From: Tubulanus polymorphus | Taxonomy: Eukaryota > Animalia > Nemertea | Assembly (NCBI RefSeq): GCF_964204645.1 | Contig: NC_134026.1 | Span: 14,604,150-14,668,149, forward strand | DNA length: 64,000 nucleotides | Direction of reading: 5' to 3' | In this document: one piece after another, positions 1 through 13,050 of the stretch | Layout: each line of letters opens with the position of its first letter | How positions within the stretch are numbered: the stretch's first letter is position 1 | Notes under the pieces: generated by a model | The model's database searches: none | What the model saw: the letters and a program-made list of their open reading frames with translations, nothing else | What the model was told of the DNA's origin: nothing | Translations under genes and position numbers: made by a program

Positions 1-349
1 GCCCAACTGCTGGGCAGACGGAAACGCGGAGCCTCGCGGTCCGGTTTGTCTCGGAAGTGATGGTCGAGTTTCACTAGCCGGTTGAATCGGCACACTCCCT
101 TGGTGCGCTCGGTCGCGGCGGCATCAGAACCGATTTTTGGAGTCGGGCAATAAGTGAGGCCCTTTCGGAGTAGCTGATGTTGCGCCGGACTTAGGCGGAG
201 TGAACGTGTGAGGTTGACCACCGGGCTCCCGAGAGCGGTGACCGGATCGCGTCGCGCTTGGTTTGGTGCCGGTTCTTCGTGTTCGTCGGACCTGGAAATG
301 GAAGAAATTAGAGAAGCATTGGTTAATTCCGGTTGATTTAACTCACCAA

Positions 350-386
350 TAGTGGACCCGTTGGTCTCACTAATACTTAGTTTAAA
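350..386 (-). promoter_or_regulatory. Putative -1 programmed ribosomal frameshift signal (U_UUA_AAC, 7-nt spacer, hairpin)
   Basis: TTTAAAC (386-380) is in the correct phase just before the ORF1 stop; hairpin TAGTG(A)GACC-AACG-GGTCCACTA at 372-350; the -1 frame is open into the RT ORF. Confidence 0.6.
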
Positions 387-631
387 CCACTGAGCCAGTG
401 GTCCAGCAGGGTGTTAGCTGTACCACGGTTCCAGTGGATCCCGTCTCCAACAACTCTGAAGCGTCGATCATCGATGGGTGGTATCGCGGTGACGTCGTCG
501 TGATTTTCGAGGAGTTCGTTGAACTTCCGGGCGAACTGCTGGTGTTCGCGGGTCGTGTTGAGTTGAACGAAGTGGACGAACGAGTGCTGATACTTTTTGA
601 CTGCGGCGTTGATCAGGCGCTGTGTAGTCAA
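377..631 (-). CDS. C-terminal part of PLE ORF1, SGNH/GDSL-hydrolase-like (DGIHW motif)
   Basis: ORF ends ...FRVVGDGIHWNRGTANTLLDHWLSGLN*; DxxH block resembles SGNH block V; 5' truncated. Confidence 0.45.
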   Translation of the reverse strand: MTTQRLINAAVKKYQHSFVHFVQLNTTREHQQFARKFNELLENHDDVTAIPPIDDRRFRVVGDGIHWNRGTANTLLDHWLSGLN

Positions 632-799
632 ACGTCTCCTATCATTGAGGAATGACTTGAACAGTTAGGAATGTACATCGTACACATTCCAAATTAAGGG
701 TTTAAAAGAAGTTTAAGTGAAAGCCTTATAATTGCGCAATTGCCATGATTGATACGAAAAAGGTTTCTAGAATCGGATGACAATTTATATAGAATTGGA

Positions 800-3425
800 G
801 TCAGATGTGCATTGTTTTGGGGGTGTTCGAACTTCGCTGAATCACTGAATCGTTGATTATTATATTAATTTCGCTGATTTGAATTTACGCTGAATCCATG
901 CACATTTTACATATTCTAAAGAAAATGTTTCATTTGACCGATTCATTGATAAATTTCGTTATATATATTCTATAAAAATTCAGTTGGATTACGGTAACGA
1001 ATGTATTTTGCGGAGAGCGGTAACGGCTTTCGGCTTACGTCATCGGTACTTCGATGTAGTCTAACGGCTTTAATAGGGATTCGCCCTGGGGACCCGAGTT
1101 TCAGATATGACAGAAAAATATATAAAAAATCGTGACGATTGTAAGTTGAGGCAAGGATTGAAATGAAATCATTTGACTGCTGGATGTAATCAAAAATAAC
1201 AAATAAACTGATGCCGAAATAGTCTACCTTTTAATTCAGTTGGTTTTCCTTAGAAGCTGTTTGAAAGAATCTACTGCAGAAAAGTGACTGTTGTAAAACA
1301 TCTGATGTGCTAGTGTGCTAGCATTTTGATAGTGCATACTGGCAGTAGATGACTGTAACCAACCGATTGTAAACAGCGACTTAGTGATAGTAACTCCTAC
1401 CACAATAGCTACTCTCAAAACACATCGTTTCTAAAAGTCAACTAGTGAAAAATGACCATTTTGAGATGGCACGTTAATTTCCTGGTCAAAATAGCCACAT
1501 CTGTTAAAGATATGCAGTGATACGTGGCAGGGTCAAAGGTACTGTTAAACCCCATATGCTTTGTATACAGAACTCCGTATGCTTTGAATACAGTTCTGTC
1601 AATAGAAATCCTAGTTTCTGAGTTGCTAAGAGCCCCCTAAATTATATCACGCTCAACAAAATGGGAATAACCAATAGGAAAACTATTGATTTATATAACA
1701 CCATTATGGATTAAATCCGTTAAAACAAGTATTGTGCCAGATCTAATATGGAATTTTATGATTTTTGTTTTATATTTGCGATTATAAAACATGCTGGTGC
1801 ATTCATACTGTCATAAATCCTTGATTCTGTAGAAATGAATTTGTCTTCAAGGATATTTGAGAGACGAAAATACAAATAAAATCATATGTTCATGAAATGG
1901 ATTATGTCTTTAGATCTCTTTACTTGGAAGACTACAACAAATTTTCCCAAAAATTGTATCTAAAATACTTAGAATTAACCTACAATTAACCTACAATTAT
2001 TGTTTATTTCGATACAATCAATTTTTAAGTAATCCATGTGATGTTCACTTTGTCACGCTGTTCTCTGCTTGTTCGTTTATGAATATTGAACCCTTTTATC
2101 GCTTGTTAGAATTGATATACCTTAACCGAAATTTCATTTCATAGTTATACAGTTTGGTTGAAATGATATTAAAACTTCTAATATAAGATCAAAATAATAG
2201 TGCATTATATTATAATCTAATACCCATTACTTACTGAGCGTATGCTAGTGAGAATAAGCCTAACAATTATCATTATTGATTGAATAAATACTGAAATAAA
2301 TTCAGTTGAGATGTTCACGTAGTTTTGAAATCAGTTAATCCAATTTGATAAAAATACCTCTTCTGGTCTAAGTAAAAGAATGCAAGGCTGAAATTTCAGT
2401 TTCACATGCTTTCCTACTTTGTTGAGTAAATTGTTTGTATAGGTTATCAAAAGCCCAGCAGCAGCTATCAGTCAACAGGTGAATTACACTGGCTAACTAG
2501 ACAGTGATTGATGAACGAATAAACAAACTGCACTGACCACCAAAAATAATAACCTTTTAATAGTATTTAACTTAGCACCTCAAAACTCTATTTGAAGATG
2601 CCAATGAAATAAAATGCCAATGAATCGCTGAATTTTAAGGTACTTTATCAGTTTTTTTCCAATATAACTCATTTTATCGTAACTCAAATTATCGTAAAAT
2701 AAAAACTACTTTTATATCAGTGGCACCATATTCTACGACAGAAGTGCATTCATAGTAAGAATAACGTCACCAATACGTTAAATTGGAAGTGAATGCAGGC
2801 TAGGACCAACAAAGGTGCCGATTTAAGATGCCGATATACAGAGAATCTCTCCCGTAGCGACTGACACGGTTGCATATACCTTCCGTGGCGACAAGTAAAT
2901 AATTGTCTATCTAAACGACTACATGACCCGAAGTAGTCGAATAGAACACTAATCCGATAAATGAAGAAATTCCGCAATAAAATGTTATACGATGACATTT
3001 AATTATCAAAATTAAACCACAACAACGTTCGGATTTTCAGTGACTGCCATCTGACTTAAAGCTCAAATCACTGGAATGTCTACATTCCACCTGATGATGG
3101 CTGTTAGTCAACAGTCAAAACGTTGCGGTTTCATCTCAACACATGTTATCATATTAAGCGTTCTATTGCGGTATTTCTTCATTCATGACCCCACGGTGAA
3201 GATCACCAAAGGCCGTTACCGTTATCCAAATGAAATCTTGAATACTATACGAAATTTCTTATTTCTATTAAACTCGGCCACAGTTCGGAAGATTTCTTTA
3301 GAATGCATTGATAGATCCACATAAATCCATTATAGATACAGCATATTTTATTTTTTTAAATCAACGATTCAGCGAAATTAATATAAAATCATGGGAGGTT
3401 CGAACACTCCAAAATGCACATCTTA
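800..3425. repeat. Possible old TIR element bounded by degenerate inverted repeats
   Basis: AGATGTGCATT..GGGGTGTTCGAAC..TATATTAATTTCGCTGA near 800-880 has an approximate reverse complement at 3360-3425; no TSD or ORF found. Confidence 0.3.
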
Positions 3426-5091
3426 ATTTATGATGCAAAGACATCCAGACCCCCGTTGAAAATAAACCACCATTTCAATAATGAGAGGTTAGGCTGAATT
3501 TATGATTACGCTTCTAATTTAAAAATTAAATCAAAATATGAATGCAGACATGCTTGAAAATAGCTGCATTTGTTGAAATCGAATTCTTCATTAAACTAAT
3601 ATCGCCATAAAAAGAAGGTAATTTCGATTCATCGTAAAACTCCATAACCAATGGCAATTTGTAAACTAATTTACTCAAATCTCGATTTTTAGTGGTTAGA
3701 CTATCTTCAGAGCTTAACTGAGTCACTCAAAATACAACTATACCCCAAACTATAACGTGAGAATAGAATTTTCCACTAGTTTCTCAGTGTGTTCATGTTG
3801 TCACATATCACCGCAAATCTTAAGTGGCTACTAAATAAAAGTAGACGTTTAGGCTCAAATGTGCGATAGACATGTTCTTGGATTCAGAGAACAATACATA
3901 GACATGGGGCCAGGCCTTCATCCACTTTTCTGACAATTTTTTTCATCGCCTGCTGTTAAAGGATACCAGTGTAAAACCGTTATTGTCGTATTTCTGCATA
4001 GCGTTACATTCTGAAATTCTTCAACAGTTCGTGGGCTTAGATAGATTTTAACCTTCATTTTATACATTAGATATTCTTAGCCTCCTTGAATCTATTGTAA
4101 TTATTATCCTTTTTACATAAAACATGCCTGAAATCGTGAGCTATATACCATTCCTAATTTCAACTAAGAAAGTGCTCAGAAAGCACCTAAACGCATCTCA
4201 TTCTTCAAAGACCATACCCCTTTTGTGCCTTACGCACCTGTGGCCCTTCTCCAAAAGCTTGATTCTCGAACATTTATCTAAATTACTCAATGGCATTTAT
4301 TTCAAGTCTGCCCCCCCCCCCGCGATCATGCCATTCTCCATAAGCATCTTCTTTTCAGTTTGGATTCTCTTGCCAGATTCCCTGTTATAAATAGCGACAT
4401 ATGCTTCAGATTTGCAGTGATACGTGACAATATAAACAGCGTATAAACAGTAGCGCAAAACTGTATGCAAACGCTATATAGTTTTCAGGGCAGTCAAAAT
4501 CTAAAGATTCTGAATATGCTCTTTGAGGATGTGAAATATATGAGCGATAAAACTCTAACCGATAACCATCGAGCTAAATCTGTTTGTATGATGTGATAAG
4601 TTTTGAAGTTTTAAGATTAATCGAAATTGCGTTTATTTCATGGCAATAATTTAATGAAAATTTAATTGGAAGAAATGCAGCTTTTTCAAGTATAGGTCAA
4701 CATTATTTTTGATTATTTTTGCCATTAAAATTGTTTATATTCGGAAAAATCCCCCAGTAAATATCCCCCCCCCCACCCGGTAAAAATCTCCTCTAGGCAA
4801 ATGTCCCTCCTAAATAAATTTAATAAAATACTTCAATATTCTGATTTTGAAAAGCTTAAATCGTTTCAAAACTTTCAAATTTTCGGTGTTTTTTTCCCAA
4901 CATTCATCTTGAATAATCTGTGACTTTTACTAAGCTGCGTACATATAAGATGACATAATTCGTGACTTTTAGCAAGCAACATGCATAAAAAAATGATGAT
5001 ATTATCAGACGTAAGATAAAAACCCACTATTTAAAAATTAAAAGAAATCTAAAATCGAGAATTATTTATTGAAACAATCTAAAATTTAAGA

Positions 5092-5133
5092 ACACGACGT
5101 TTCAATCTCACACTAGAGATCATCGTCAGGTGT
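5092..5133 (-). ncRNA. Minimal type I hammerhead ribozyme (PLE pLTR)
   Basis: Minus strand: ACAC-CUGACGA-U-GAUCUC[UAGUGU]GAGAUU-GAAAC-GUC-GUGU; full core, GUC cleavage triplet, palindromic ACGU stem III. Confidence 0.85.
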
Positions 5134-6510
5134 GAGATATTGACTAAAAACAGGGGTATATATAAAGAGGAGAACAGGTTAATTGAGTAAATTGGTGAGT
5201 GAGTAACTAATTAGTGTTTGGCAAGGCATGGAGTAATGGAATTGTTGGGAGAAAAGCCATTATTTAAATTGGTACTAATATCTGAGTGACGAGTAATTAG
5301 GGCAGACTCAACTATGTGGCGTTTAGTGTAATTGCTGGAAGTATAAATAATTTCGGCTTTCAAAATTAAAACGATGATCAGTGTTCCAAACGTGATTGGC
5401 TACGCCACTAGCCGGTTTTTGATTTATTATATCCTTTTTGTGTTCCGAAATTCGAGTTTTTAAATCACGACCAGTTTCTCCAAAGTACATTTTATCACAG
5501 CCAAAACATGGAATTTCGTAAACTCCGCAGTCCAAAGGTTTAGATTGATTGTTTTTTACCAAAGTCTTGCTAATTTTGTTTTCATACGTGAAAATGATTT
5601 GTTTATCCATTTAAGGGAGAGAGTGACGAAACTTTTCCAAAACAGGTACATACGGAACTACAATGAATTCTGAAATGTGTTTTTTATTTTCTGGAGGTTT
5701 AGAGTTAAAGAAAGTACGTTTAGCCTTAGAAATAGCGATTTTCAAAATGTGATCAGGGTAAGCCAATTTTTTAAGAGAGTTGGATATATGGTCAAATTTA
5801 GCCGAAAGGAAGGTTTTATCGCAGATCCGCAGTGCACGGAGAAAGAAGCCTTGAGCGAGACCAATTTTGATTTTAGCAGTAAACGAAAAGAAATGGAGAT
5901 ATGCCTCAGCGTTGATCGGTTTACGGTAGACTGAAAAAAACAAATGAGAGTATTTATTGTGGATTAGAACATCTAAAAACGGAATTTGGTCATTTTGTTC
6001 CCATTCAAATGTGAATTTCAAAGATGGATATTGAGAGTTGATGAAGTCAATAAAAGAGTTAAGATCAAAATCATCAGAAACTAAGCACAGAATGTCATCA
6101 ACACATCTAAAAGTTAGGTTTAGAGCCAGCGTAATTGGGAAGAATTTCGGATTCAAAATGTTCAAGGAAAAGATTAGCCAAAATGGGGGATTACGGGTTA
6201 CCCACATCGAAACCGAAAATTTGTTCATAGAATTTGTCTTGGAATTGGAAGTATAGATTGGTTGTACAGAGCTCTAAAAGTTCAAGTAAGCAATCTACAG
6301 GAATCGGGAGATCAAGATTGGAGTCCGGGAGTTTTCTTCTTAATAAATTGAGAGTTGGTTCCAATGGTATATTTGTAAACAAGGATATAGCGTCGAAAGA
6401 TATAAATTCTTGGCCATCAGGTTTGAGATTTTTGAGTTTGTCTAAAAGATCCATATTGTGCCGAATGTGAGAATCAGAAAAAGTACCCAGAGCCGGGGAG
6501 TACTTTAGCC
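5092..6510 (-). mobile_element. 5'-truncated, frameshifted Penelope-like element (RT + GIY-YIG)
   Basis: ORFs 6191-6454, 5611-6228 and 5323-5610: SFDAISLFTNIP, FRCVDD, IPFLDV, VYRKP, CGVYEIPC..C.KMYFGETGR. Confidence 0.9.
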
Positions 6511-9395
6511 AGATATTGTGACGTAGTTTTTATTCTGAAGAAATCTTGTTTAAAAGTATTAGTTTAAATTAGTTTATTTATTAGTATGTAGTTATTTTAT
6601 TAGTAAATTAGTTTAAAAGTATTAGTTATATTTATGTATCCTGCGTTAAAAGTATCAGAGTATGGAGAGGCCCGTGTACTTCTTCACAAAAATAGCATTT
6701 TGACCTTTCAAGGAGATCGGTGTGCAGCAAAGATATACGCGTTACCTCCGCTACGAGATTTTCAGGCAGGTGGGGAATTCGAGTCACCCGGGTCTATAGT
6801 CATGAACACTGTACTATAACGTCCAGACATCCATCTAAACGAGTCCATGCTCGTAGGTACCAGGTTTATAGTATCCAGGCAGCAGGCGAATCATTTGGGT
6901 CACCTGCAATGTACTATAACCATAGAAATATAGCACTACTATGCTTTAACCAACCAACAGCTGATAGAGTTCATCAGAGCATCCAAACTTTAAATCTCCA
7001 GAAATCTATCTACTGTTTTATAAGCAGTGGATGCCATGTGTCCCTCTAATCGCCTTCATCAACGCAAACATTTAAAAAATGTGACGATTTTAACTGCTAA
7101 ATCTGCCAGCGATTACTCGATACCGTTACTTTTCATAGTTGACTTTTCATTGAAACAAATCCTTCCCGGATAAAAGGAACACCTTAAACAGTCACCTTAA
7201 AAACATATTCATAGTCATATAGTCTTGGATCATTACCTGCTACATAATTATTTTAGTTCAGGAATCGAAATGTTTGAAGCTCTGCTTAAAAATCCTCCGA
7301 TATTTAACAAGTGTTTTAAAGAACAATGATATGTTTGATAACAGGGTCGAATGGCTTATTTTGAACATTTCATCCAATTCCAAATGGGCTACATATTTCA
7401 GCCTAGATTTCATACTTTTTGAGACAGGATGATTTGATATTGTTTTAACAATCAAGAGAAATCCCTCAAGAAAATCAAGACGTGGGGAATATATTTAAGG
7501 CAACGTTTCGCCTAAAAAATTGAAAAGTCATATTGTATTTCTAATATAACACATTTGCCTGATCAGGCCTCATGACAGATAGGCTACTACTCAACGGTGA
7601 AAGCCCTCAAATTCTGCTGATCTGTATTAATTTGTATTAGACAACAAACGTAAGTGACTTAAGCAAGGGGACAAAACGCGGACAATTAGTAGTCGTACTT
7701 TTCGGAAATTCAACTTAAGCAAGACTTTTCTAAGTCTTAGGATTTTTCTTAGTTCCAAACGATTCGACTTGTCACCGAATAACCAAGACCTCAATTCTTG
7801 TTATATCTTTGGTTTCATTTGTAAAATCTTATGTACATATTCAAGCACTAATCGAGGACTTCGGTAAGAAACAGATTTTGAGAAAACTGATTCTGATATG
7901 TCAACTGTGAGGGAAACGAGACATCAAGCTTAATTGCTGTTCTTGGAAGAACGTTTTCATAGCCATTTAAAACATAGTAGTGCGCACCCGGTAAATCGAA
8001 CAGCCGTCTTACCGAGTCAACAGGTCATTATTTCAACTCAAAATAAAATGTTGTTGGCCGCATTGCTCTTCCGGATCGATATTTGAATATTTATTCAAAC
8101 AAAATCTTTGTTCGGGATATATTTACCATAAAACCAGACAGGAGAAAGTTAGACACAATTATGTATATATGTTGATATTTCCTCTGTGCACAAGTTTACA
8201 ACTGCTTACATCTGTTTTTATAAATTATTTAAACCGTTGTTGACTCCTGACCATCCAACTTGAGTACGTCTACTAACAACCGTCTTGTTTGGTTCTCGCG
8301 TGGAAATCACGCATATTTATTTAGACACGACGTAATGATTGACAGTTCAGATAACAGTGTGTTGTTTTGCTGCTAGCGGAAAATTAGTCCATTGTAATTA
8401 ATTTCTTGATTCATAAAATACTAAATCACCCTAAAGTAAGGGAATATTCTCCCAACTGGACTCAATATAAATAAATATCAATATTTGCGCCCATCAGTGA
8501 CCTCTCGAACGATGAAATCAATGTAATTTTAAAACGTACTGAAAATAACCTAAATATAGCGGTAAATTTCCGTCAATAAGATTTTATTAATTATTGTGTT
8601 TAATTGAATTTTAACTGAATTCTGCGAAGTTCAAACACCCTTCAACCTAGCAAGACAGCTATATCAGTGCGATTATACATTCCTCTGTCAGGAAGAAAAT
8701 TTTGGTCAAGCCCATTTTCATGTATAGTCAATTAGCACACTGTCCTTTAAAACCAAGCAACATGTGATGCTCACAGTGTGCAGACTATTTTTGATCAGCG
8801 CGCTGAGTGACGTCACACAGAGCTCCTAAACTATAATGATCCAAAAATTGAATTAAACTCTATGTATCGGTACAAATCCGAACATGTACACGGCCGGTAT
8901 TTTTACATTTGATACCAAAAACCCGTTCATACAGCGCACAGACCGCACCAACCCGTGAAGTTTCGCCGTTGCTCGGACGAAACTTATTAAGTTAACATTC
9001 TAACCGTGTGAATCCCTAGTTTTGGAATTCTGACATATTAGGAATTGTGCGCATAAACGCCGCTTTCCAAATGAAATTTGGAATTTAAAGATAATTTTCG
9101 TTTTCTAATACGTGAATTTGAAACTGTCGTAGGTTATCACTATAATTGCTATAACACAATTATCCTTCATGACTAAAAGCATAAATACAGTAGTGGGAAA
9201 GGAAACTAACTCCATCCTTTATATTTCAATTCATATTTTGAACAGTAGGACCTTCTCAAGACGAAATAAAAAACAGATTCTCTCTGTCCATCTTCAAAAT
9301 ACTGTTTATTTATGGAAACATCCAATTAGCCAGTACTTCAAATACTGTAAAATCAACCGACTGGGGTTGGGCCAGTAATCGCAAGCAAAGGTCAT

Positions 9396-9500
9396 GCAGT
9401 GAACCGACCTAGGCTACAATATTGTAGCCTCGGTCAGTGTTTCCAAAAAAAGTTGTGCAGTGAACCGACCTAGGTTACAATATTGTAGCCTCGGTCAGTG
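9396..9500. repeat. Short direct duplication containing an 18-bp palindrome
   Basis: TGCAGTGAACCGACCTAGG(C/T)TACAATATTGTAGCCTCGGTCAGTG occurs twice about 60 bp apart. Confidence 0.7.
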
Positions 9501-10151
9501 CTAACAGCTGAATCACACGTTCTACGCAAACCCGCACTGCTAGGTAACAATTTCTCTATCATTCCTTTGACCGAAGCATAATGTTTTTCTTTTTTCAGCT
9601 TTACAATTGATTCCATGAATTTAATAATTCCATTTTCGAATAATAATGTGTTTATGATAGTTTTTTTTTTCTTTTTTTTTAATATATGTATATATATAGT
9701 TTTTAAATTCAATTTAATGTTCTACACACAAAAATAGAAGTTTTCTTCCGTCAAGCGGAGTTGTAATAAAGTACGAGTACTTCGAGATTTCTATAAATAG
9801 TGATTAGTATGATACGTATATATCACAAGAGTCTATGATATAATATACGGTAAATATATATGTATATAATATGATACACAAAAATAGTGATTTTCCTCCA
9901 TTAAGGGGAGTCGCGATATAGTTAGAATACTTTGTCAATTACTATATACAAAGCTTATAATGTACATTTCTTAGATATGTTAATAAGAGGATATAGTTCT
10001 ACTGCATATAGTTCGGTTCACGTGACGTGTTGTGTAAGGAGTAGCGACCTAGATACGGGCTACCTATATAGTTCGTGTAACACAAAGAAATCTTCCATTC
10101 AATTCTCCGACTACGCGGGTGTCGGTTCGTAGTAGAGTACACGCTATAGAG

Positions 10152-10850
10152 TTATAGAATTGACGTAAACGCTTCCACGATGTCTGAAGACGGCCATGGA
10201 CTCGAAATATCGTAAAAGACACTCCTTAGTATCGGGTTATTTCGGTTGGAATTCAGGTACGTTTTCGTTAAGAGTTTAAAGCGCTGTTCGACAGTTTCTA
10301 TTCGAGCTTGCTTATGTAGGTCTGCCGTTCTTGTATAGCGCGGTCGGCCTAGAATAATTCGTAAACATTTATTTTGGTGTATTTGAAGGCGGTCTAACTG
10401 ACTACATGGGCAAGTTACCAGTATCGGAGCTCCGTATTCATAGATTGATCGAATGAGTAATTTAAAAGCAGTGAGTATGTATTCCATTTTTACGCGGTTT
10501 CGTTTCAAAATAGCTAGTATTCCAATTCTTTTATTTGCCTTAATTAATCTCTCTGTTATTTCCAGATTCCAGCGCAGATTAGACGAAAAAGTAATTCCGA
10601 GGAATTTGGTAGAATTTGATAGCGGTATTTGTTGGCCGTGAACAGTGTGCTCAGTGTATGGGTCGGTATTTATTAGGCGACTAAAGTGTATACTAACACA
10701 TTTAAGAACGTTTACTTTTAGCCTCCACATGTCACTCCATTGAGTTAGTTTGTCTATCGATTTTTGATGGAGATTTTCGATTGTTTTAGTTTTTACATTG
10801 TGCGTGTTCCATAGACTCATATCGTCTGCGAACGATGACGATTGAGTATA
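10152..10850 (-). pseudogene. 3' fragment of non-LTR retrotransposon RT (Jockey/I-group-like)
   Basis: FADD just upstream of ORF 10152-10820; KFLGITFSSNLRW, YEYGAP, LQIHQNKCLRIILGRPRY. Confidence 0.85.
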
Positions 10851-10861
10851 ATGACTAGCTT

Positions 10862-11053
10862 TATCACGATTGGTAGAACACTATATCCGTGTTGACGCGA
10901 TGAGGAGAGAATCCCACAATGATAATAAAAAGTCCGAAAATGAAACTTCGAGATAGTAGTTTATTTCAACGTTTCGACTATATCCTAATAGTCATCTTCA
11001 GGAATAATGAATAATGAATACATTATTCCTGAAGATGACTATTAGGATATAGT
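10862..11053 (-). mobile_element. Solo Penelope pLTR/5' junction fragment with hammerhead, same family as the 37-42 kb element
   Basis: Near-identical to 40078-40225 (TATCCGTGTTGACGCGATGAGGAGAGAATCCC...); hammerhead core at ~10962-11006; followed by an inverted duplication. Confidence 0.9.
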
Positions 11054-11060
11054 ATATATA

Positions 11061-11140
11061 GGTGTCACTAAACCTAAGACCCATAAACCTAAGACCCGAC
11101 TCTAAATCATTATTTGTGTACTTTAGACTATTCAAAATGG

Positions 11141-11232
<92 letters not shown>

Positions 11233-11547
11233 TTAAAATAATCCATCGATGGCCTATTTAAATTTGGTTCATTTATCAGAGACGAGATATTTGGGGGTCT
11301 TAGGTTTATGGGTCTTAGGTTTAGTATATTATATATATAGGTGTCACTAAACCTAAGACCCATAAACATAAGACCTGGCTCTAATTCGTTATTTGTGTAC
11401 TTTGGACGAGATATTTGGGGGTCTTAGGTTTATGGGTCTTACGTTAAGTATATTATATATAGGTGTCACTAAACCTAAGACCCCCTAAACATAAGACCTA
11501 ACGGGTCTTAGGTCTTAGGTTTAGGGGGTCTTAGGTTTAGTGACACC
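11061..11547. mobile_element. Cluster of short TIR elements (MITE-like, possibly Mutator-derived) with internal (TA)n
   Basis: GGTGTCACTAAACCTAAGACC at ~11061, ~11340 and ~11462; inverted copies GGTCTTAGGTTTAGT(GACACC), the last ending at 11547. Confidence 0.7.
11147..11228. repeat. (TA)n microsatellite
   Basis: Pure TA run of about 80 bp. Confidence 0.98.
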
Positions 11548-12530
11548 CTACACTTGAGGCAGAGAAACAACAGACTTATAATCTCTTCAGGTGATAACGG
11601 TGTGCGGTCTTTCAAGGTGTTGTCGTTACGGAGTCTTGTTGTGATCACCTCCAAAGCTTTGTCCACAGGTACGCTGGTGAACAAAGCACAGACACCATAC
11701 GATCGTAGCTCTTCATCTTCCTCAAGTTTAAGGTGTTGTACCTCAGCCGCAAACACCTTCGAGTTTTTCACGTGGTGTTCGGATTTACCAACTAATGGAC
11801 CTAGTACTGAGCTAAGATAATCGGCGCACTGATACGATAACGTACCGATCGAGCTAACAATAGGTCGTAATGGCATTCCAGTTTTATGGACCTTAGGTAA
11901 GCCATAGAATCGAGGTGGTTGGTCCACCGTGGGGTAAAGTTTCCGGTGTAACACAAAGGAGATCACTTTCCTATCAAATAAATCTTTAAGGACATCCACA
12001 AATTTCTTCTTATACTGATTGGTTGGATCACGTGATAGCTTCTTGTATGTTTTCTTATCTGATAGTAACAAGTTGCATTTGTCAAAATAATCCGTCTTGT
12101 TCATAACTACAGTAACCCTCCCTTTATCAGCAGGTAAAACCATTATGGAGAATCAATTGCATCTCTTTCTTGTGTGGTGACATTCTGGTATCTAACTTTG
12201 CTGTTAATGTCGATTATCCCGATAACCTTGGCTCTGAGTTCACTCGCATCAGCACTCTTTAGGGACCGGCAGGCTGATTCGGTGGCGGTGATAAAATCAA
12301 CAACAGGAATTTTCTTGGGGGTGACTGCGAAGTTAAGACCTTTCTTCAAAATTGACAGCTCCGGATCCGATAATATACGGTCCGAACAGTTCTTTACCCA
12401 GCGGGACATACATCCTATAGCTTCGTTACTTTGACTGACCTTACTGTTGTCCTGACATGTATTCTTCGCTGTTTGTTTACGTTCGAGAAGTCGATGAAAC
12501 TTGTTTTGTTGTCGGCTTTTCACTTCGGCA
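11548..12530 (-). pseudogene. Penelope-like (Poseidon-type) N-terminal/RT fragment
   Basis: VKNCSDRILSDPELSILKKGLNFAVTP; LPADKGRVTVVM; FYGLPKVHK..PLRPIVS; ALFTSVP. One frameshift at 12143; truncated by the MITE. Confidence 0.9.
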
Positions 12531-12689
12531 TTTTTCCGCGACTGCGCATGCGCGATAAAAGTCTCGATCTCGCTAAATATTCGGAGTTCCTACGGTTCAA
12601 ATTAGGATACTATTCATGTTACCCGAATAGATGAACATACATCAACGTATGATTAATTTTTGTTTTTGTCAATGGATATCGATGCAGGT

Positions 12690-13050
12690 TTAGGAAGAAA
12701 CGTTTCTCAAACGTTTTTGTAACGTTTTTTGGAGGTCTCTAATACGTTTCAATGAAAGGAATGAAAAAACGTTTAGGATGAAACGTTGTTGAAACGTTTT
12801 TTTACGTTTTTAATGGTTCTATTACGCTTCAATGAAAGGAATGAATAAACGTTAAAAAAACGTTTAGGATAAACGTTTTTGAAACGTTTCCATAAGGTTT
12901 TCAAGGTTTTGACAAGGTTTCCTTAAGGTTTTGTGAAAACGTTTCAGAAACGTTAAAATGTGTTCACAGAATAACATTTCTGAAACGTTTCAACAGAACG
13001 TTACCGGAACAAAAACGAAACGGTTTTAAAACGTTTTTGTGTTAGCTGGA
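12690..13050. repeat. AAACGTT-rich subterminal repeat of a non-autonomous DNA transposon (one end)
   Basis: Many AAACGTT(T) units ending in GTGTTAGCTGG; partner end not found. Confidence 0.45.

Larger units (their letters stand above)
1..650 (-). mobile_element. Penelope-like retroelement (Neptune-like) 5' part, running off the window edge; two-ORF layout
   Basis: Minus strand 384->1 is open and reads PVVNLTRSLRLSPAQHQLLRKGLTYCPTP...RFNRLVKLDHHF...FRLPSSW, the typical PLE pre-RT N-terminal motif. The GC-rich block ends near 650. Confidence 0.75.

Noticed and set aside
292-346. Possible 55-nt intron (GTGAGT...CTAAT..TTTCCAG, minus strand) in the PLE
   Set aside because: Lies downstream of the ORF1 stop and splicing it would not put ORF1 in the RT frame; the acceptor could still be used by an upstream donor, so it remains an alternative to the frameshift.
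6634-7049. Host exon or gene
   Set aside because: No recognisable domain or clean splice pattern; looks like decayed coding sequence of unknown origin.
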